64,000 nt of DNA from a virus (IMGVR_UViG_3300002641_000714), one strand, 5' to 3'; positions 1-12,673 are shown, numbered from the stretch's first letter. Numbers and translations are program-made. The notes: generated by a model not told the origin, from the letters alone.

Positions 1-336
1 GTAAGTGAAGAAACTAAATAGCGTATTAGTAAAACATTAAAAGGCCGAACTTTTTCAGAAGAAACTAAATTAAAAATGAAATTAGCGGCACAAGGTAAAA
101 ATAAAGGAAGACTTTTATCAAAAGAACAACGAGTTGCTATATCAAATAGATTAAAAGGACATAAATGTTCAGAAGAAACAAAAATGCGAATATCTTCTAA
201 ATTAAAAGGATTAAATAGAAAACTATATTTATATTATGATGAAAATAATAATTAGCATATAATGGATAGAGCTAATAAAAATAAATGGCATCCAAATTGG
301 ATAGAAATAAAAGAAATAAAAAATAATAATGAATAA
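1..336 (+). CDS. C-terminal part of a NUMOD3-repeat protein (probable homing endonuclease), 5'-truncated by the window
   Basis: Frame 1 reads SEETK(TAG)RISKTLKG..SEETKLKMK..HKCSEETKMRISSKLKG, i.e. repeated NUMOD3-like motifs; one in-frame TAG at 19-21; ends TAA at 336. Confidence 0.7.
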
Positions 337-362
337 AGGAGCAAAAATAATTGCTCCTTTTT
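335..362. terminator. Bidirectional intrinsic terminator
   Basis: aaaggagcaa-aaataa-ttgctccttt hairpin between convergent genes. Confidence 0.75.
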
Positions 363-364
363 AA

Positions 365-886
365 TTACTCTGTAACTTTTGGTTCAGTTGGTTCTGGTTT
401 CTTTTTAGATACCTTTATTGTTGGTACTTTTTTAACTTTAATTAAATTTTCGTTAATTAACTTATTTTCTACATCAGCTTTTGCAAAACCTTCATTAATT
501 TGTTTTGGCATTGCCTCATATAATAAATGAGTTGTTACTGTATCATTTGTTAATTGGCTTTTAGGTTTAAACCACTTTTCAATCCAGCTGCGCATAAATG
601 GAATATCATATATACCATTAGATGCAAGGCCAACTACTGCACAAAGACAAATAACTCCAAGCCATACCGGGTTTCCAAAAGTAATTACTTTGAGACCCCA
701 TGCAGCACATGAAAATCCAGCACCGAGAACCCATGCAATAAGCTGTTTCAACCAAGCACGGTGCTTCTCCGGAACATACTTCTCAACAAGTCCTTGATTA
801 ATTAAACCAGCGATAAAGGTAGTCATAGTCACCAAAATTGGTGCGATGTACCAGAATGCTTCACTAAAAATTCCTGTAATATCCAT
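365..886 (-). CDS. Membrane protein, holin-like
   Basis: Three hydrophobic segments ending in GLASNGIYD (holin-like motif) followed by a basic tail; likely start MDITG at 886 rather than 943. Confidence 0.5.
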   Translation of the reverse strand: MDITGIFSEAFWYIAPILVTMTTFIAGLINQGLVEKYVPEKHRAWLKQLIAWVLGAGFSCAAWGLKVITFGNPVWLGVICLCAVVGLASNGIYDIPFMRSWIEKWFKPKSQLTNDTVTTHLLYEAMPKQINEGFAKADVENKLINENLIKVKKVPTIKVSKKKPEPTEPKVTE

Positions 887-897
887 AAACTTTTTAT

Positions 898-2298
898 TTA
901 ATTTTTTATTATCTTTTTTAACAATGATTTTGCATATAACCATTGATATTTATATTTGTATTGTTTATTAAACTCTTCAATCATCGGTTTAATAATATAA
1001 AATATTATCTCTCCAGTCGTTTGAGTTGATTCTGTAATTTTAATACTGTTAAATAACTCATTAATAATATTAGAATATTTTTCAGTATGTGTATCTTTCG
1101 TAGTTTGATTAGATTCTGTAATTTCAACAGTATTAAATAACTCATTAATAATATTAGAATATTTTTCAGTATATGTATTTAATTCACCATTTTTAAATTT
1201 AAGAGTTTCCATTTCATTAATTAATAATGTAGTTTCTAATAATATATTTTTATATATAAAATCATTTTCATAAGTATCTAATAATAACCAAGGTCTTCCA
1301 TTATAAAGAGATATTAATGTATTTTGAAACCTAATAACAGATGCATCAGTCAAATCATCTTTATATGTTTTAATAATCTAAATTCTTTTCTTTAATTCTT
1401 TTTGTTGTTTTTTATTAAGATTTTTAATATATTTTTCCCATACCTCAAAATGATTATTTAATATTTTTTCTCTAGATGGAATTGTTTTAACAAAATTTAT
1501 AATAAATGAGGTAATATATTTTTCTTCATTATATGCATTTAACCATGTCGGTATATCATATATTGTCATTCCATTATTTTTTAAATTTTGCATTTTTATA
1601 TGCAATTCTTGAGAATAATCTATATTTTTTCTATTATTTTCTAATGATAAAGCATACTTAATAATTTCGTTTTTAGCTTCATTTTTAAAAATCATTAATT
1701 CATCTATTAAGCCATTTTCTTTATTAAAATATCTATTAATAGTTTCAATACAAAATTGAAGCGGAAATTTATTAACTTCATCAATTAATAAATTTAATTG
1801 ATTTGTAATATGTAGTGTATCATTAGATTTTTTGTCATTCTTTACATAACTAGATGGATCATAAGTATAATAATATCTAATTCCATAATTTTTGCCAATG
1901 CGTAATAAATCAAAATCTGCAGGAATATAAAATTTGTTTGGGTCATTTTTATCTACCTGAATATGTTTAACAGCATAATCCAATCTTTCTTGAATTAATC
2001 CAAATGGATCATTATTAAATTTCCAACAAATTTCATTAATAGATTTTTCCCATTGCTCTTTATTTAATTTACTAGCAGATTCTGATGTATTTTTAAGAAT
2101 TTCTTGTATCTTTTTAGTAAATTGAGTAAAATCATTTAAAGTTTCAACATGTTCGTATTCTTTAAATAATTGATTTACTTGATCATTTACTGTATTAATT
2201 TCATTTTCACTTATATGTTCGCCTGTTGTTCTAAATACAACATCGTCATAAATTCCAATATATCTTCTAAATAATTTTTCAATAGTTTCTTTTTTCAT
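898..2298 (-). CDS. Hypothetical protein, 466 aa (TAG read-through)
   Basis: ORFs 1378..2298 and 898..1353 are in frame, joined across TAG at 1378-1380 plus IIKTYKDD; contains an 84-bp internal duplication (TEKYSNIINELFN twice). Confidence 0.75.
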
Positions 2299-2370
2299 AG
2301 TTTTAAAATTTTATTTTTATAACATTCATAATAAAACTAACTAGTTTAATAAAAACTGGATAACCTTCAT

Positions 2371-2464
2371 ACCGGCTTAACCACTCTATAAACATTAATT
2401 CAATTTTAATCTAAACATTCCTCACAAAATAAAATTATTCAATAATCACCGGCTTAACCACTCT
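2371..2464. repeat. 17-bp exact direct repeat ACCGGCTTAACCACTCT, two copies
   Basis: Copies at 2371-2387 and 2448-2464, each followed by nnnAACAT, in an AT-rich intergenic region. Confidence 0.85.
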
Positions 2465-2612
2465 GAGAACATCCTAAAATTATTTTATAATAATTACTTT
2501 TAAAATGAATTTATAACAAACAAATTTTTATCTATAATATTTTAATTATCTTATTCATTTTTGTTTTTTCTTAAATAAATAATAAAAGTTAAAATAATTT
2601 TTAGCTTTTTAA

Positions 2613-2699
2613 CGGGTAAGAGAAATAGCCAATCAGTTCTTGCAACGATTTAATTACGGCAGAGAAACCAATACAATCACGGCTATCGAACCTTACCCT
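2613..2699. ncRNA. Candidate structured RNA (nested stem-loop)
   Basis: Nested pairings GGGTAAG/CTTACCC, ATAGCC/GGCTAT and TTCTTGC/GCAGAGAA; GC-richer than flanks; no ORF. Confidence 0.4.
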
Positions 2700-2720
2700 A
2701 TTTTTATGCAATAAATTATA

Positions 2721-2797
2721 CAAAAAAACTTTTTTCTCAACCCGTCATAAAATAACTAATAGTTAGTTATTCGGTGAAATGATTTTATTTTAAATTA
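2721..2797 (+). repeat. Dispersed ~70-bp intergenic element with internal palindrome, copy 1
   Basis: caaaaaaacttttttctcaaccNNtcataaaataactaat-gttagttattc-ggt; near-identical to the reverse complement of 37327-37404. Confidence 0.85.
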
Positions 2798-2901
2798 AAT
2801 TTTTTATAAGCTTCCGAAGAAATCAAAATTCTTCTGGAAGTTTTTCTTTTTAATATATAAAACAAAAATAAATAATAAAATAAAACTTTTATTGTCTAAA
2901 A

Positions 2902-3420
2902 ATGATTTTAAATAAAGAAGCTGTAAAGGCTATAACTCAACAGATAACCCCGGAACAAGCAGAATATGTCAGAGGTGTTAAACAAATTCTTGTTGATCTT
3001 CATGATGGCGAATATAATAAACCAAAAGAAGATATTTCTAGAGATATTATATTTGTAGCAAAGATAATGGCATTTGCTGACAAGTTTAAACAACTTCACT
3101 GGGCAAGTTGTTCTATGTCATATCATAAAACTATTGATGATTTTGGAGATGAATTAGAAGAATTCAAAGATGCTATTGCTGAGAATATCCAATCAATTAT
3201 TGGTCAATTCAATGGTGATGAAATAACTAAACTAGAACTTCCTATTCAAAATGATCCATTGCAATTAATCAATGAAGTTAAAATTTGCATTGTAAATTGG
3301 TTTGAACTTCATAAAGATGATATGGAGTATGAAGGATGTAGAAATATATTATCTGGATTCTTAGAAACGGTTCACAGATATATATACTTATTCAGATTGT
3401 GCAAATTAGAATGTAAGTAA
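2902..3420 (+). CDS. Ferritin/Dps-like four-helix-bundle protein (DUF5856-like)
   Basis: QLHW...YHKTIDDFGDELEEFKDAIAE pattern typical of Dps-like phage proteins; ends TAA. Confidence 0.65.
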   Translation: MILNKEAVKAITQQITPEQAEYVRGVKQILVDLHDGEYNKPKEDISRDIIFVAKIMAFADKFKQLHWASCSMSYHKTIDDFGDELEEFKDAIAENIQSIIGQFNGDEITKLELPIQNDPLQLINEVKICIVNWFELHKDDMEYEGCRNILSGFLETVHRYIYLFRLCKLECK

Positions 3421-3440
3421 AAATAATAATTTAATATAAT

Positions 3441-4262
3441 ATGAAAAAGCTTTTAAAAGAATCATATGAACCAGAAATATAGAATGGAATATATAACGCT
3501 GCATTGATGAATTTAGATGATGTTCGCAAAAGTTTGCCAAAGAATACACCTAAAAAAATTTGGGATTTATATCAACAATTATTTGACGTATTAGAAAATG
3601 AAAATGTTAATAATATTACTAGTGATGGATTTACTATTTTTATTCAAGCAGCTGATCCACATGATAGATATTATCAACAATTTGTAGGAAAAACTTTTGA
3701 ACTTTATAATACTCATCATATATCAAAAGAAGAAGAACAATATCTTGGCGTTGAAGGATGCGATTATGTTGGTGAAATAAATGTTAATGGTGAAATTCAA
3801 CCAATACCATTCGTAAAAAATAGTGTAAACAGTAAAATACCTATATCATTTGAATGGATTTATGCTGGTTATATAAAATCTAAAATTCAAGAAAGCAAAT
3901 ATATAAAAAAAGATAATAAAAAAGATTTGTATGAAAGCATTATAACTTCTGTTGCTAGAGAAGTTAAAAAAGCTCTTAATGAAGAATATAATTCTGTAAA
4001 TGAATCAGTTTCAACAAGCGAGCTAGTTAAATATATATGTTATAGTTTAAATACCAATAAAAGCGAGGATGAAGAAGAAGTTTGGAGAGCTGTATTGCAA
4101 TTCAAAGATGAACATCCTGGAGAACCATTTAGATATACAGTAAGTCCAACTGCAAGTTTAAAAAATAAAAGAAATACAATAAATGGACAATTATTAATTT
4201 TAAAAATTGGAGATGATGCATGGTTTTGGAAAGCATCTGAAAAAATATTTGAAAAAATATAA
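3441..4262 (+). CDS. Hypothetical protein with internal leader-A motif
   Basis: ATG at 3441, TAG at 3480 read through; internal KKDNKKDLYESIITSVAREVKKALNE. Confidence 0.75.
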
Positions 4263-4268
4263 ATTAGA

Positions 4269-5222
4269 ATGAAAAATAATCCAAAAATAATAAAAGTCAA
4301 TCCATAGAATATTCTGCCTGTAAATGAAGCATGGGCAGCTACTGCTGGTTTCTCTACATCACCAGATTATGGAAATCCAGCATTTTCTTATGAAATTAAG
4401 CCATTGTCATTCACTTTATGTTAGAAAGGAAATGATCCAGAACTGTTAGACAAAAACAAATCATTTAAGTTTTTTGTCGGCGACCATGTTTCTGGCTATT
4501 GCCCTTATGATGGAAAGAAACATGAAGGTATGATTAAATATTTCTATTGGGTTCCAGGAAGTGACGGAACAATGCCAAAATTTGTTTATATTCAAGATTT
4601 TTCTAATGAAGATACAATTCCGTTAGACGCAGAATCTATTAAACCTACTTTGACAAGATATACTCCAAATGATTTAGCAGTTAAAGATTATTATAGAGCA
4701 AGAGATACGGAAATTGCACATGATTATGGGGCAACTGAAATGCCAAAAACTGTTTTTGAAGGAAAGAATTTTAATTTTAATGAAACTTAGTTTAATTTTA
4801 ATAGTGTAAAAGAAAATTTAACATTAAATGAACAATATGCATATTTAAATGAAGCTAAAGTAATGGCTAAAAAATTTTTTAAAGAAAATTTTGATTTAAA
4901 ACCTGCTAAAGGATTTTCATTTAAACAATATGTAGACAAATCTACAGGTGCATATGTTACTACAGAACCTTCAGATGGAAAACCAACCGGAACTATGAAA
5001 TTTTTTGCTAAACATGGAATTTCTAAAGTTTACAAAGGTTCTATTGGTTTTTCAGAAAAAGAACAGAAATGGTATGGTTGGAGCCATAGAGCAATTTATG
5101 GATTCGGTGTTGGTTCCAAAGTAAAGAAAGGAGATTGCGGATATAAAGGAAAAGCTTGGACCGCTAAAACTTTAGATGATGCAAAACAAATGGCAAAAGA
5201 TTTTGCTGATACAGTAAGTTGA
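4269..5222 (+). CDS. Hypothetical (probable virion) protein, 317 aa, TAG read-through
   Basis: ATG 4269, three in-frame TAGs, joins ORFs 4530..4790 and 4863..5222; ends TGA. Confidence 0.75.
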
Positions 5223-5249
5223 AAAATAATAAAAATAATAAAAATATAT

Positions 5250-5630
5250 ATGAAAAAAGATAACAAAAAAGCTTTATATGAAAGCATTATGACTTCTATC
5301 GCTAAAGAAGTTAAAAAGGTTCTTAATGAAAGACAAATATTATCAGAAGAAGAAAAACTTTCTAGAAGAATTGGAAATAAATTATCATTTAGAATTTATG
5401 GTGGAGATTGGAATGATATTTTAGATGCTATGGAAAATAATAATCCTGAAGAAGCAAGAGAAATTTGTAGAGCAATAAATAGGAGCTATCGTACTCGTGT
5501 ATTTTCTAGCGATGAAATAGAATTTATGATTAATAATTGGGAATTGTGTAAAGAGTCGGCACGTAAAATACGAAAAGAAAAAATTGAAAAATTTTATCGT
5601 ACAGGAATTTTACCAGAGCATTAGAGATAA
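5250..5630 (+). CDS. Leader-A family protein, unique payload
   Basis: Starts MKKDNKKALYESIMTSIAKEVKKVLNE; ends TAG-AGA-TAA. Confidence 0.8.
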
Positions 5631-5643
5631 TATATATAAATTT

Positions 5644-5676
5644 AAAGACACTTCTAATTTTTAGAGGTGTCTTTTT
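5644..5676 (+). terminator. Intrinsic terminator
   Basis: aaagacacttcta..tagaggtgtcttttt hairpin plus T tract. Confidence 0.7.
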
Positions 5677-5708
5677 CATCAATAAATAATAAAATAGTTT
5701 TCAATACT

Positions 5709-7145
5709 ATGGCAAAAACTGAAATAACAGCAAAACAACTATATGAGAATAGAAATACTTCTGATGTTTTTTCTCGTCTTGTTATAATGGGAGTTCTTAG
5801 AGTTCTTAATCAAAAACTTAAATATACTTAGGTTTGGGAAGATACAGAAGAAGGAACTCAGGAAATAACAGTTCCATTTTTCTTTGATTTTTCTGGTGGT
5901 GCCGGAACATCTGAAAAGTTTATTCAAGACAATTATATGAACTGGACTGATGATGAATGTACTTCAATGGGAATCAAAAAAGTGAATGGTGATTATAAAC
6001 CTATTCCATATGGTGTTATTTCTCTTGATTCAACTAATATCGAATCTGGAAATATTTCTAATAGATTTGTTATGGGACAATTTCAAAAAAGAATAAATGG
6101 CGAATTAAAACCATATGTTGCCTGCCTTTATTCTATCCCGTTGACAATGAGTTTTACCATTAATGTTGCATGTGATACTGTTAATACAATGTGGAAAATA
6201 GAATAGGCATATAGAGAATTTTTCTATAAAAACAAAACATTCCATATTAATTATAAAGGAACTGTTGTTCCATGTAGAATAGGCTTTCCAGAATCATTGA
6301 CAGAAAGCAAAACTGCTAATTATACTATGGGTGCTCAACAAAAAGATGGTGCTGATGTCAAATTAAGTTTTAGCTTAAATTGTGAAACATACCAACCTGT
6401 TTTTGATCCATATACAGAAATGCCGGCTAACAGAAATATTAAAAATTTCCAAGGCGGAATAACACTTCAAGAAAAATCAAGTTTAGCAACAGACAAATAT
6501 GGAGAAAAACAAATCATTAAAGAAAGAGTAATAGATGAAAACGGTTATATTGAAGCAGAACATATAGACAGATTGAATGTTGTTGCACTTGAAGATATAT
6601 TGTTAAAATGGAATTTCTTCTATAATTATTCAGATTTATTGCATGTTGATATATTATATAAAGAATACGGAGATGAAGAATATCATACAATATTAAATAA
6701 TATCGACAACCATAATTTCTGTCATATGAGCATTTCCGGTGAATTTGTCAATGAACCTGAAATAGATGTTATTATTCCTCAAGACGATGATGTGATGATT
6801 TTGGGACAACCGGTATTCAAATTCTATTTGACTCCAGACAATACAATAACTGGTGATACTTGCGTAGTGATAGATAAAGGATAGTTCTTATTTAGTCGAC
6901 AAGCTGAAAGATGCAAAATAGATGCAATATTATCATTTGAAGTTGAAGGAAAAATAAAAGAATATCCTATTAAAATTAATTTATTAAATGGGGCAGTTGA
7001 TACAGAGAATCCTGTTGAAATGAATTGTATTGTATATCCTAAAGAATTTGATGCCAGAAAGATTCAATTATTTGTTAGAGATCATGACAGACCTGATATT
7101 ATAGCGGCATTTTAGGATGAAGATGAATTTGTAAAAGTTTTTTAA
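5709..7145 (+). CDS. T4 gp15-like tail terminator/sheath stabiliser with C-terminal extension, 478 aa
   Basis: Single frame across 4 TAGs; motifs ITVPFFF..EKFIQ, PIPYGVISL, SIPLTMSFTINV..WKIEQ and KLSFSLNCETY resemble the gp15 family. Confidence 0.6.
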
Positions 7146-7181
7146 AAATAAATATATTGATAACAAAAAAATATATAGAAT

Positions 7182-7847
7182 ATGAAAAGAGATAATAAAA
7201 AAGCTTTATATGAAAGCATTATGACTTCAGTAGCTAAAGAAGTTAAGAAAGTATTAAATGAATCAAATAATGAAGATGAAAATTTTGATTTTGATTCATG
7301 GGATGATTTAATGAATTATCTCAAAGATAATGATGCGTATGAAGGAATTGAAAAAATATTTGATTTGGTAGATGAGTTTGAAACTGAAGAAGGTAAGTAT
7401 GATAGGTATGGACAATGGCATAAGCCAAAATAGCATGAATGTGGAGAGTTGATTAATTGTTATACATATAAAGCATTAGCAGAATATATACGAGATACAT
7501 CTAAAGCATTGCTAAAAACTGCAGAAGTTATTGAAAATATGGAACCAACTATTCATATTAATTTGATAGATTTATGTCAAAATATTGTGAATAAATTTGA
7601 TATGAATGATTGGTGTGAATGGATAGATGAAGGTGATGATTCATTAATTTCATTATTAAATGCAAATGGAGTTATGGAGTTTTTAGAAAAAGAATATGGT
7701 GTAGATAATGAAGATTTAATATTATATATAAAAGATAATATTTATAAAATATGTGATTATTTACATGATTATGAACCAAGTGAACATGAATTAAAATCAT
7801 GGGGAAGGAAATATGGATATTCAAAATGGGGTCAAGATGAAGATTAA
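7182..7847 (+). CDS. Leader-A family protein, acidic payload
   Basis: MKRDNKKALYESIMTSVAKEVKKVLNE; joins 7182..7433 and 7449..7847 across TAG. Confidence 0.8.
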
Positions 7848-7894
7848 ATAATAATATCTAAATAATTATAAAAACATAATTTAATTTTAAATAT

Positions 7895-8317
7895 ATGAAA
7901 AAAGATAATAAAAAAGCTTTATATGAAAGTATTATGACTTCAGTTGCTAAAGAAGTTAAGAAGGTATTAAATGAAGATGTTGAATATACAGAAGATGATG
8001 ATTATGAAGCTGAAGCTGAACAATATGGAATAATTTATTATAAAGATATAATAAAGTGGTTGTAGACGGAGGATAAATTTAATATAGAATTATATGCTAA
8101 TGATGTTGATGAAGCAGATTGTGCAGCAAAGTTATTTTTGAATTGGGAAAATCCAAGTCGTCCTGAATATTATTTTCATAAAATAGATCATAGTTGTGCA
8201 GTACTTGACGCTATTACTAATTTGTCAAATGAATTATTAAGTGGTTCATCAATTAATGACTTATATAATGAATATGGTGACTCTATATGTTTTAATATAA
8301 AGGATTATGATTATTAA
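7895..8317 (+). CDS. Leader-A family protein (absent from ORF track)
   Basis: ATG 7895 MKKDNKKALYESIMTSVAKEVKKVLNE; one internal TAG; ends TAA at 8317. Confidence 0.8.
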
Positions 8318-8357
8318 TTGATTTAAACAAAATAAAAATTATTTAAAATTTAATAAT

Positions 8358-9017
8358 ATGAAAAGAGATAATAAAAAAGCTTTATATGAAAGCATTATGA
8401 CTTCGGTGGCTAAAGAAGTTAAAAAGGTATTGAATGAATACAAAGGATCTGGCATAGTAGGTTCATTTAATAAAAATACAAATGGTGTAGTTGATCTTGG
8501 TTTACCTTCTGGAACATTATGGTGTAAATGTAATCTTGGAGCAAATACCGAAACTGAATATGGAGATTATTATTCATGGGGTGAATTAATTACCAAGTCC
8601 GAATATACTGAGGAAAATTATATGCATGATGATAATTTTAAACAACTTCCACCTGAATATGATGTAGCAACATAGACATTAGGTAAAAATTATTCAATAC
8701 CAACTAGAGAATAGTGTATTGAATTACTTGAATATACAAATAATGAATGGGTTCATGATTATAATAAATCTGGTGTAGATGGTTAGTTGTTTATTAGTAA
8801 AATAAATGGTAATAAATTGTTTATTCCTGCTGCAGGTGTTCGTATGAGATATAGCATTTATTATGATAATGATTGTTGTTATGTTTGGTCATCAAGTCTT
8901 GATACAGCTTACCCAGATGGTGCATGGTACATGTACTTTAATTATGACAAATATGTTCGCATAAACAGTAGCAGTCGTTACCACGGTCTTTCAGTTCGCC
9001 CAGTTTTTAAAAAATAA
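8358..9017 (+). CDS. Leader-A + VDLGLPSG (CLec/Fib_succ_major-like) domain protein with DGR-VR-like C-terminus
   Basis: VVDLGLPSGTLWCKCNLGA, GDYYSWGE, LFIPAAG, WSSSL..R..GLSVRPV; three TAGs read through. Confidence 0.8.
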
Positions 9018-9152
9018 ATATATTGAAATATATATAACTTATTATAAATCAATCAATTAAGCAAAATTTTAATAATTTTGCTTAATTTTTTTGTAATAAA
9101 TAATAAAATAGTGAAAAACTATAACAAAAATATAAAAATAAATTAAAAATTT

Positions 9153-12100
9153 ATGGCAAAAAATCAAACAAAAGCTGTTTTAGACAACTTTAAAATTCAA
9201 TCTTATGTTGATAGTTTATTTGAGTCAAATGCAGGCAAAAATCAACGTTTGCAACATTTCTTAAGTGAATATCAAAAAGTTTTGGAACAAGGCAATGCTA
9301 AAGAATTTATGATTTATGAAGAATTCGGTCATGGTCTTGCCAATTTTGCTACTGGAAATAAGGCGGTCAAGAATGTTATTAATGAAATGAATACCAATCT
9401 TGCTACTTATGGAAAGGAGCTTAATACTTATAAGTTAATGGAATGCATTTGCGATGATGCAGCTAAATGCGCATGTGAAGACGCATATACAAATTATCTT
9501 GAATGTCAAGATGCAAAATCAAAAGCAATTCTTTGTGATGCTTGTGATGCACTTGAACAATCTGGTGATCCTGTTGCTCCGCAATTAACCATTGTTATTG
9601 CTAATCCTAATGCACAATTAGAACCTCAACAAATTACTACATTTGATAATGAGGGTAAATTCTCTGAGATTCAACGCAAAATTGAAGCTGATAAACTTCG
9701 TCAATCTGTAGAAGCTGCTAAAGCTGAAATTGATGCATATGCAGAAAAAGTTTATCAAGAAAAAGTTGCATAGGCAGAAGCAGAACGCAATGCTAATGTT
9801 TATGACAATATAGTTAATGCTAATGGAATTTGTTTAAGCGAATCTATTAAAAATATTATGAATTCTGAAGCAAAGACTAATAAAAAATTAGTTGAAACTC
9901 TTGAACAATATAAAGGTGCGTTGAATCAAGGACTTTATGAAGAACGCCTTTATGAAGGATTTATTAAAAACATTACTCCATTTAATTATCTTAAGTCTGT
10001 TGATAAAGAATTAAAACGTCTTGAAAAGGTTGCAGAAGATCATCAAACATCTATTAATATTACTAAGATATTAGAAGAAATGTATACTTCCGGTTCTTAT
10101 CATATTATTCCTTTAATTGAGGAAGATACTTGCAGATTTATTAAAAATCCTACAGATGTTAACTGCAATCAATTAAAGGCAGCATTAGCATCTTTTGCGT
10201 CTGATCCATATTGTCACGCAATTCTCGAAGAACTTGAATTATTTAATAGTACACCGGCATTTTTGGTTAATGATAAGACAATGACTATTAAAGATCGAGC
10301 CAGACTTATTAAAGAGCATGCTAATGTTTCTAATGTTTATTCTCCGGTTCAATATATTAAAGAGAATGAATGTGTATTTAATGTCAATGGCCAATTCTAT
10401 GTAAAGAAAGGCAATACACTTGCAAAGCTTTCTGAAGAATATGTTCCTCAATTATCTGAGAAATTTATTTCACTTTGCCAATTAGTTAATGATCCACGGG
10501 TAATTATGAATGAAGATCATATTACTTTAGTTGGCAATAACAAGATTGCAAATATTTATGAAAGCTATATTGATATTAATGGAAATAAAGAATCTATTGA
10601 GTCTGTTCGTAATTTAGGTGAAATGCAACTTAAATATGATTTTGATAATAACTTCTTTATTATGACTTCATGTTTGGCAGAAAACTTTAATAATATCGCT
10701 AATGTTAATTTTGCTAAACATATTGCATTAAATGAAGATGAAGGAATTAATATTGATTTGTTTAATTTAAGCGGAAATATTTTTGTTAATGCTGTTAATG
10801 AATCTATGTTAACTTCTACCTTCTATCACAATGTTAATCCTATCCAATGCCGTAATTTAATTAATAACCATATGGGTATTAATGTATCTTACTTATTTGA
10901 AGATCTTCTTCCATCTCAAGATAAAATGTATCTTAAACTCAATGAAACCAAAAATGAATATGAAGCGTCTATTGCTAAATATGAGGCTACTATTGAGAAA
11001 CTTAAGAAAGCTAAAGAAGATGATATTTCAGAAGACGGAGAAAAGAAACTTGATGCTGCTATTGAAGCTGCACAAGCTAAGGTTGACGAACTTAAGAAAG
11101 AATATAAAGATTGGCAAGATGATGTTGATAAAGTAACTAATCCTGAAAATAATAAAGATGAAAAATCTGAAAAGGATTCTGAGGCCGAAGATAATCAAGA
11201 TGATAATACTGAAGAAGAAAAGGCCAATGAACCAATTGATGCTGAAGATGTTGAAGCAGCTAAAGCAGATTTATCCACTCCGCTTTCTCAAGAAGCCGGT
11301 GATTTATCAGTATCTGATGATGAATTTGATTCTTATCTTGAAGGTGGTTCTGAAGTTTCCGGTGATGAAATGGATCCAACCGATGTTAATATGGCACATC
11401 ATGCATTAGCCGGTGACGGTAAAGAAAATGAAGAACCAAACCCAGATGAATTAGATGACCCAATGAGTAATAAAGAACTTCCAACAGAAGGTGATGAAGA
11501 AACATTACCACAAGTTAATACTGATGATGAAGATCCATTTGATACTGAAATTGGTAATGATGAAGAAACACCGGCTGAAGGTGATGAAAAAATTAATCCT
11601 GAAGAACCTATTGATTTTGAAGGTGATGAAAATGCTTCAGAAGAACCTGAATCTGATGTAACTAGTGAACCAAGTGAAGAACCAATTGATGCTGAAGGTA
11701 CTGATGTTTCAACAGAAGTTGATGGTGTTAGTATTCCAGAAGGTTATAAAATTGCAAATATTAAATTTGATGAAAATCTTAAAACTGGCGAATTATTCAG
11801 AACTGGTAGTATTACTGTGATGGTTGATATGGTTGATGGTGCTGGTAAAGTTTATACTGAATCAAATAACTATCATTTCTATATTGATGAAGAAACACAT
11901 CTTCCTGTTATTGATGCAGCAGATATTCCTGTAGCTCTTTACAATGCATTAGTTTCTTCTATTCAATCTGATTCACAATTTACTAAAGCCGATACTGAAG
12001 GTAAAGACGGTGGCGCAGAGACATTCGATTCTGATAAAAAAGATTTCCCAGATTATGATGAAATTTATTATAATGCAGATGATGTTAATGATGCTTCTGA

Positions 12101-12653
12101 TGAATTACAAAAAGATGATGAAGAAGGATATTTTGATTTCACCGATGATGGTGAAGGCGATATTACTTTCTCGGCTAAAGAAGAGGAAACGCCAACCGAA
12201 GCCGAACTTCCTGCAAAAGATTCTGAAGATGTAATTCCGGCAGAAAACGCTCCAGAAAAACCAGTTAAAGCATCTGATTTATTCAATGGTGTTAAAGATG
12301 AACCTGAAGAAGAAATTAATTCTGAAGAGGTTATTACTCCAGCATATAAATCCGGTGATACCGTAATTGATGAACCTGCAGATAATGTTGAATTTGAAGA
12401 TGAACCAAAAGAATCTGATGAACCTGCAGATGATGAATTAGATTTTGATGAAGAAACTCCGGTAGATACTTCAATTAATAATCAAGAATCAAGTTTTAAT
12501 TCAGATGAAAAAGATTTTCCAGATTTCGATGAAGTTGATGAAAAACCAGAAAAAGAAGAAAATGAATCAGTAAAACCTGAAAAGAAAATTTCTTTAAATG
12601 AAGCTAGAGCCGCATTTGTAAAATTAAAAGCTGAATATAAAGCAAAACATTGA
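9153..12653 (+). CDS. Large 1166-aa protein with coiled-coil and very acidic C-terminal half (possible prohead core/scaffold)
   Basis: 9153..9773 and 9858..12653 are in frame across one TAG; duplicated N-terminal module; long D/E-rich tail; function is inference. Confidence 0.7.
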
Positions 12654-12673
12654 TGATTAGAGCTTTTAATAAA

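Noticed and set aside
1028..1178. 84-bp tandem duplication (and the 54-bp one near 28250-28350) as a regulatory repeat
   Set aside because: In-frame intragenic duplications; ordinary protein repeat expansion
2371..2464. CRISPR array
   Set aside because: Only two short, non-palindromic repeats and no cas genes; kept only as a direct repeat
10239..12286. Short alternative-frame/antisense ORFs inside long genes (also 22813-24565, 29183-29533, 55477-56497, 61112-62131 and others)
   Set aside because: Shadow ORFs produced by the codon bias of the overlapping real genes; low-complexity M/K/L/I-rich translations
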